A DNA stretch of 63,199 nucleotides, counting the filler, from Globobulimina sp. (lineage: Eukaryota), in the NCBI GenBank assembly GCA_003354225.1. It is 19 parts of 19 records of this genome, joined end to end, with 100 filler letters (N's around TTAATTAATTAA, not from the genome) between each part and the next. Parts side by side here need not be neighbours in the genome. Positions count along the whole stretch, not along the records: positions 56,641 to 59,870 come from PIVH01003365.1; positions 59,971 to 63,199 come from PIVH01003366.1; 17 more parts are not named here. One strand, 5' to 3'. The notes beneath the pieces are model-generated. The model was not told the origin of the DNA. It worked only from the letters and a program-made list of their open reading frames with translations, and searched no databases. This document shows, in pieces, positions 57,381 to 63,199 of the stretch (position 1 is the stretch's first letter; the number at the start of each line of letters is the position of its first letter). The translations under genes and the position numbers were made by a program.

Positions 57381-59582
57381 ATGTTGAAGCGTTTAACAAA
57401 GCTATCAGCGAACACAATATATAAAGTACAAATACAATGTAAAATATCGTCACCAACTTATTACACATTTTATGAGTTGACAACAATAGCAAAGCAAGGT
57501 ATGATGTGAAATTTCTATAAATTTCTGGTTATTATCAACAAGATTTCTTGATATAAAATTAAAGATTTGAGTGGCAAAAAAGTAATGTCATTGGCGCGAA
57601 GTGGTAAATTGGTGGAAAGTATGGAATTATTTGATATAATTAAGTCAAAAAATACAAAACTTGGCGTTAAATCAGCAATAAAACTTCTAAATGTATTAAT
57701 CCAACAGTCAGAATCAAGTATTTTAAGTATATCACATAATGCAGCCGTTCCATTAGATTTTGGATATAATATTTATAGACTAATAATGGATAATAATCAA
57801 GGAACAGAAACTCAAACTGAAACAGAAACAGAATTCAAATTACAACTTTGGAATACAATGTTTGTGCTATTTAAACAATATCAATATCCAACAGATAAAA
57901 TATATTCAATGTGGAATGATATAAAAAAAAGTGATATCCACATTTCAATGGATATTACAAAACAAATAATTGAGTGTTTTATCGATAAACCTGAATTAAA
58001 ATACACGATGGAAATTGTAAAATGGTTTCATAACAATAATAATAATAATAGTAATAATACAATTGCAATTGATGATGATTTATATGTAAAAATATTGAAG
58101 CAATGCATTGCCGAAAATGAATTGGAATTTGGTAAATATATTTATTGTGAATGTCGCGATGGATTGCAAAGTGTCGATGCATTATGTTTATGCCTAGATA
58201 TTTATAATAAATGTGGCGAGGATATTAATAAAATATGGAATGATATTATTGACAAAGCAAACGATAAAAAAGAAATTGATAATAATGCGTGGAATATAAT
58301 GTGTCAGTTATATGCAAAAAATGGAGATTATGAAAAATTAATGTTTTTATATCAAGAAATGAAAGAGAATGATATTGAAGCAAATAAATATACGTTTATA
58401 TCATTAATAAATGTTTGTAGTAATATTTTAAATTTAGAAAAAGGGAAAAGTATTCATTTGGATATGATAAAAATGCAAAATAAGTCGACGTCGACGTCAA
58501 AACTATTGCAATTGCAACAAGATGTTGATATTTTAACTGCTTTGTTAAATATGTACAGCAAATGTGGTGATTTTATAAATAGTTTGAAACATTGGAATGA
58601 TTTGAAGAAAGAAAAGGAAGTAATAAATATTCAGCATTGGAATTGCATGATAAATGCACATGCAATTTGTGGAAATACGGATGAAATATTGGAGTTATAT
58701 AAGGAATTAAAAAAAGATGTAGATATTAAGCCAAATGATGTGACCTATACAATGATTGTGGATGTATTGAATCGTAAAGGAATGGTGGATAAAGCAAAAG
58801 AGATATTAAATGATATGGATATGGATAACAATAATAATACTAATAATAATGAGGATATTTTAAGCATAAATAGGTTATCTCGGAGTGGTAAATTTGAGGA
58901 AGCAGAAAAAATGATAAATCTAGAAAATATTAAAAGTAGTAACATTATGTGGATGACGTTGTTAAGTGCCTGTCGCAGATATAATGATATTGAGAGAGCG
59001 AAAAAGATTTATAAACATATTGTTTGTATAAATGGCAATGATGAAAATAGTGAATATTGCCAAAGTGCTAAATTATTGTTAGCAAATATTTATGGTGCAA
59101 TAAAACAACCAATTGAAGAGAAACAAATTCGTTTACAATTATCACGAAATGGTGGTTTTAAAAAAACGCCGGGAATATCATTTATTGAAATTGATGGAAA
59201 ACAGCATAAGTTTTTTGCTCATTATAAAGGCCATGAAAAAAATCACGAGATATGGAAAGAAATACGTCGTTTAACAGAAATAATGAAAAATGAGTATGAT
59301 TATGTACCAAATCCGCGATGGGTTACTCGACAATTAAAATCACATGAAACTGTGGAATCATATTTAATGGGACATTCTGAACGTTTAGCATTTGCATTTG
59401 CAAATATTTCAACCCCCGCTGGATCAAAACTAATCATTGGCAAAAATTTAAGAATATGCGGTGATTGCCACGATGTATTTAAATTGTTTTCATCAATTAC
59501 TGGCAGATTAATATTATGTCGTGATGCAAAACGATTTCATCATTTTGAAAATGGGAAATGTTCATGTAATGACTTTTGGTAA
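57381..59582 (+). CDS. PPR protein with E/E+ region and DYW (DFW) cytidine deaminase domain; exons 57381-57498 and 57565-59582
   Basis: A phase-1 intron 57499-57564 adds N-terminal MLKRLTKLSANTIYK. PPR motifs (AWNIMCQLYAKNG, TFISLINVCS, ALLNMYSKCG, WNCMINAHA), WMTLLSACR, PG box KKTPGISFIE, HSERLA, KNLRICGDCH, RFHHFENGKCSCNDFW. Confidence 0.95.
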
Positions 59583-60355
59583 TAAACACTCCAGACTCTA
59601 GTTGAATTATTTAACAAAATCAAGTTTCCAATGCTCTCCATTTAATACTATAACTTTGTGTTGGGTTTGCAAATCCAGCACAAACTAACTTAATGTATAA
59701 CTGAATGGTGATGGGGTCAACCATTGGAATATATTGGTGTGTTGGGTGTGTTCTGTCTGCTCTTTTGTGTGGCGTGAGCTCTGTCTGCTCTTATTTGTGT
59801 GTATGGTCTAACCTAAACTCTAAAAATAATTTTTTTCTGATTGATTGACTCGAACATATGTGTAATCACTNNNNNNNNNNNNNNNNNNNNNNNNNNNNNN
59901 NNNNNNNNNNNNNNTTAATTAATTAANNNNNNNNNNNNNNNNNNNNNNNNNNNNNNNNNNNNNNNNNNNNCAATAAATATTGAGCCCTTCACAGTATTTG
60001 GAAACAACACCGCAGTTTGTGACGCTTAATGATGTTGCATCCTCTGCGCGAATGATGGCATTTTGACAACTGGTGGTGCCGCAATCGTAGGTGCATGCTT
60101 CTCCGCTGGTGCATGTGAGTGTTGTTTGCGAGGTAACTGTTATTTTTTTAGTTATTTTTGCATGAGATGGAGTATAACATAATTATAAAGAAATATAATC
60201 GAACCAGGTGATATTATATACAATATTACAACAAATATCATCATTTGTTGATGATGACGGGATAATCTTGTTTAATCACAGTGTTGGATTTGGTGACATG
60301 GAGCTTAAAATTTTCCTAGATTTAAATCAGTTTACTTTAAACCTCCACCAACACA

Positions 60356-62469
60356 ATGCTACTCTGGTTCTTGTTAACTGTCTCAATAAATCGAATGATA
60401 AGTGTTTCTGTTACATTCAATGCAGGAAACAACAGTTTGCCACGCGGCATTTTTGGTGCTATCACAGCACTGAATTCTCGAAATGAATTAATTTTGATCG
60501 GAGGATGTACTTCCACTTATTCATACAATTCAAATATCGGGTGTCATGCCAGCGGCTGGTCATCAGATATATACAGTCGGCTGGTCATCATTCAATCTCT
60601 GTTCTGAAGTTATGTGAGCATTATTTGATTTTGAAATGTTTAATTACAATGTAATGTGACTTATGTCAGTTATGTGGTATAAGCACACTGCAGATACCAA
60701 CAGTAACCTAATTTATTGCGATTGATCAACTGTAAAAGTCAAAATCCGATATCGCCACAATGAAAATAATTATGTTACTAGCTGTGTCTGGAGTGTCCTA
60801 GGCATCAATTTTAATTACGTATACGTAATATGAAACAACCACTTTTTTATATACAGATACAGCATAGAACAGAACATATGGAGTACATTGAGCTCTGTGG
60901 TATTAGCAGCATGCTTTGGTTGCCGAGTGATTATGTTAAACCAAACAAATATATTTATTTTAGGTGGAGCTGCATTTCGCTCTACTTCTGGTACCTATTA
61001 TTTGTATTATGGTTATGACAGAGTGCAAGCTTTTGACACCATAACAGATTCATTCAGTGTGGTAGCAAATATGAATGTAAAACGATACGCACCACAACTT
61101 GCATTGATCAATCGACATATTTACATTGCGGGAGGTCTCACAATCAGCGATTCATGGTATTCAGGAGCAATAGCATCTGACAGTATCATGTCTTTGGAAA
61201 CATGGACAGAAGATCCGTATTTTACATTCAATCCAACAACAAACACTACCTCAGCTACGACACCCAGGTCAACAACACAAAACCCAACAACTGCTACAAC
61301 ACCAACAACAACCACCACATTGACGACTACCGCCTGGCCAACGTCAACAACTGCACCAACACAAAAGCCGACAACATCTACAACCATCAGCTCAACACCA
61401 ACAACGTTGACAACCACAACAAGCTCATCTACGTCAACAACCACACCAGTCACCACAACATCTGCTCCTACAAATCCAATAAGTACCAGTTCAAGCTGGA
61501 CGCAGCAAACAGAGACCGTGTTATTTGAAACCTGTGTTTATAAATATTCATTAAATTATTCGACGGACTTGGAGACTTTTCGCTTAGCTATAACATGATC
61601 CATAAAAACATGCAAATTAAAATTTCCGCACCAAGTTCTAGATGGTTTTCGTTGGGATTTGGATCTGAAGCAATGGAGGGAACATATGCGATTACGGTTA
61701 GTTTGGATGCTTTTGTGGTCGATGAGAGACGTTTTGGAAATCGAGCTGGTGGTTCAATTTTAACCACACAAAACGCTCTAGAACTTGAAGAAAATGTGGG
61801 TGAAAGAGAAGTAGTGATCACTCGCTATTGGTTTGATGACATTGTAGGTTCGTATGATTTTACAGATTATTTTGAATGCAATGTAGATTCAATGGATATT
61901 ATTTGGGCGATTGGATATGATTTAAACTTTGGACATCATCAGATTTATGGTCATGGTTTACTTGGTTGTGGATGTGGAGCAAATACGAAGGCGATAACAA
62001 CAGTGCATTATAATTATAATGAATCAGAGGTTGAGCAAGAAATTGTATATGAAACATGTATTTATAGATATCAATTATTTGATGGCATTGCAGATTTTTC
62101 TATAAGTTATAACACTTTCAGTCAAAAAATGCAAATTAAAATTGAAGTGCCAGATACTCGATGGTTTGCTGTTGGATTTGGGGGAATACAATGAATGGAA
62201 CGTATGCAATTATTATTAGTTCCGATGGCTTTGTTGTTGAAGAGAGAATGATGGGAAATCATAATGGTGGTTACATTTTGGACACAAACAGTGATACAGT
62301 GAAAGAAGAATATTTGAGTGAAAGAGAAGTTGTTATAACACGTGATTGGTTTGATAGAGAAGGATATGATTTTACAGATTATTTTGAATGTAATACAGAT
62401 TCAATGGATATTATTTGGGCAATGGGATATGATTTAAATTTTGGTCATCATCAATATAAAACTAACTAA
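60356..62469 (+). pseudogene. Frameshifted secreted protein: Kelch-like repeats, Thr-rich stalk and two DOMON-like domains
   Basis: IFILGG, IYIAGG, poly-T/P; two repeats of IKI..P..RWF..GFG..M.GTYAI..WA.G..GHH. Frameshifts near 61545 and 62185 are evident from comparing the repeats. Confidence 0.65.
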
Positions 62470-63199
62470 CTAACTAACTAACTAAGAAAGAAAATAACAG
62501 CAAAATTAATGAAAGCAAATATAGAAATGATATTAACATCAATATCATTATAAATACAAACAATCAAATAATTAAATTATTAATCGACAAAAATCAACAT
62601 TAATCACATAATCTAATACATATTAATTAGTACTGATTTATTATTGAATACATTATATGCAATATGCGATTATTATGGACAGAAATTAATTAAATAAAAG
62701 TAAAAAAAAAAGAATATAATTTAAACATTAATAAAAATCACTTTATATCAAAGTAATTCTTCCGGATAACCAACTTCGTTTTTGATTTTAGTGATTTATA
62801 TGTTTTATTATATTTTAGTATAGCAACCAATTTAAATTAAATGATTTATTATCAATATATAATATAACAGAATGATATTTTATTTTTAATGTTTAAATAA
62901 TCAAAATCAAGCCAGAAAAAAGTAAATGTTTTTATTTTTTATTAAATAATAATGGATTTTCCATACAAAGAAGATAAAACAGCCTTTAATGGTATCAACT
63001 TAAAGTAAACATGGAATTGTTGGTAGTTCCAGACCAAATAACTGAAAATATTGACTTTTTGTTTCTTGAATGTAACATTGTTGCGTTGCGTGTGTCTGTG
63101 TGCTGATTCGGTGCTTTTCCACAATCAATCAATCAAATCTTTTGATTATGGTCATAAATATCTTTAGATTTTGAGAAAGGCCGAAAGCAAATGCATTTA

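Overview
This window is not a single locus. It is 19 unlinked contigs of 3229-3235 bp, sorted by decreasing length and joined by artificial 100-nt spacers (N44-TTAATTAATTAA-N44), so adjacency across spacers has no meaning. The DNA is eukaryotic: AT-rich and gene-dense, with short GT-AG introns (about 55-145 nt) and very short intergenic regions. The gene-family flavour (divergent G-alphas, SAM/MATH/Kelch proteins with an L-x-x-G-Y...IP-x-x-I motif, PT-repeat Cys-rich secreted proteins) suggests a foraminiferan or other rhizarian; this is inference, and more than one genome may be present. Recognisable genes include VAC14, TFIIE-beta, two G-alphas, an EAG/HCN-type K+ channel, a ferric reductase/NOX-family protein, an ABCB NBD, a metallophosphoesterase, PLCXD, a COMT-like methyltransferase and two fucosyltransferases. 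Most interesting: (1) a complete, apparently mitochondrion-targeted plant-type PPR-E-DYW deaminase; (2) an ankyrin protein carrying a RelA/SpoT-like nucleotidyltransferase domain; (3) an RT-less DIRS/Crypton-like tyrosine-recombinase element with an intron-containing gag-like ORF; (4) a Polinton/virus-like contig with mirror TATA boxes and a doubly palindromic 28-bp array; (5) two short palindromic DNA motifs that each recur on three unlinked contigs; (6) a short cullin-box-like peptide motif in at least six proteins; (7) a G-alpha with a natural Q-to-L switch II substitution; (8) a K+ selectivity filter on its own 15-nt micro-exon. All family calls are by-eye motif recognition; no database search was run.
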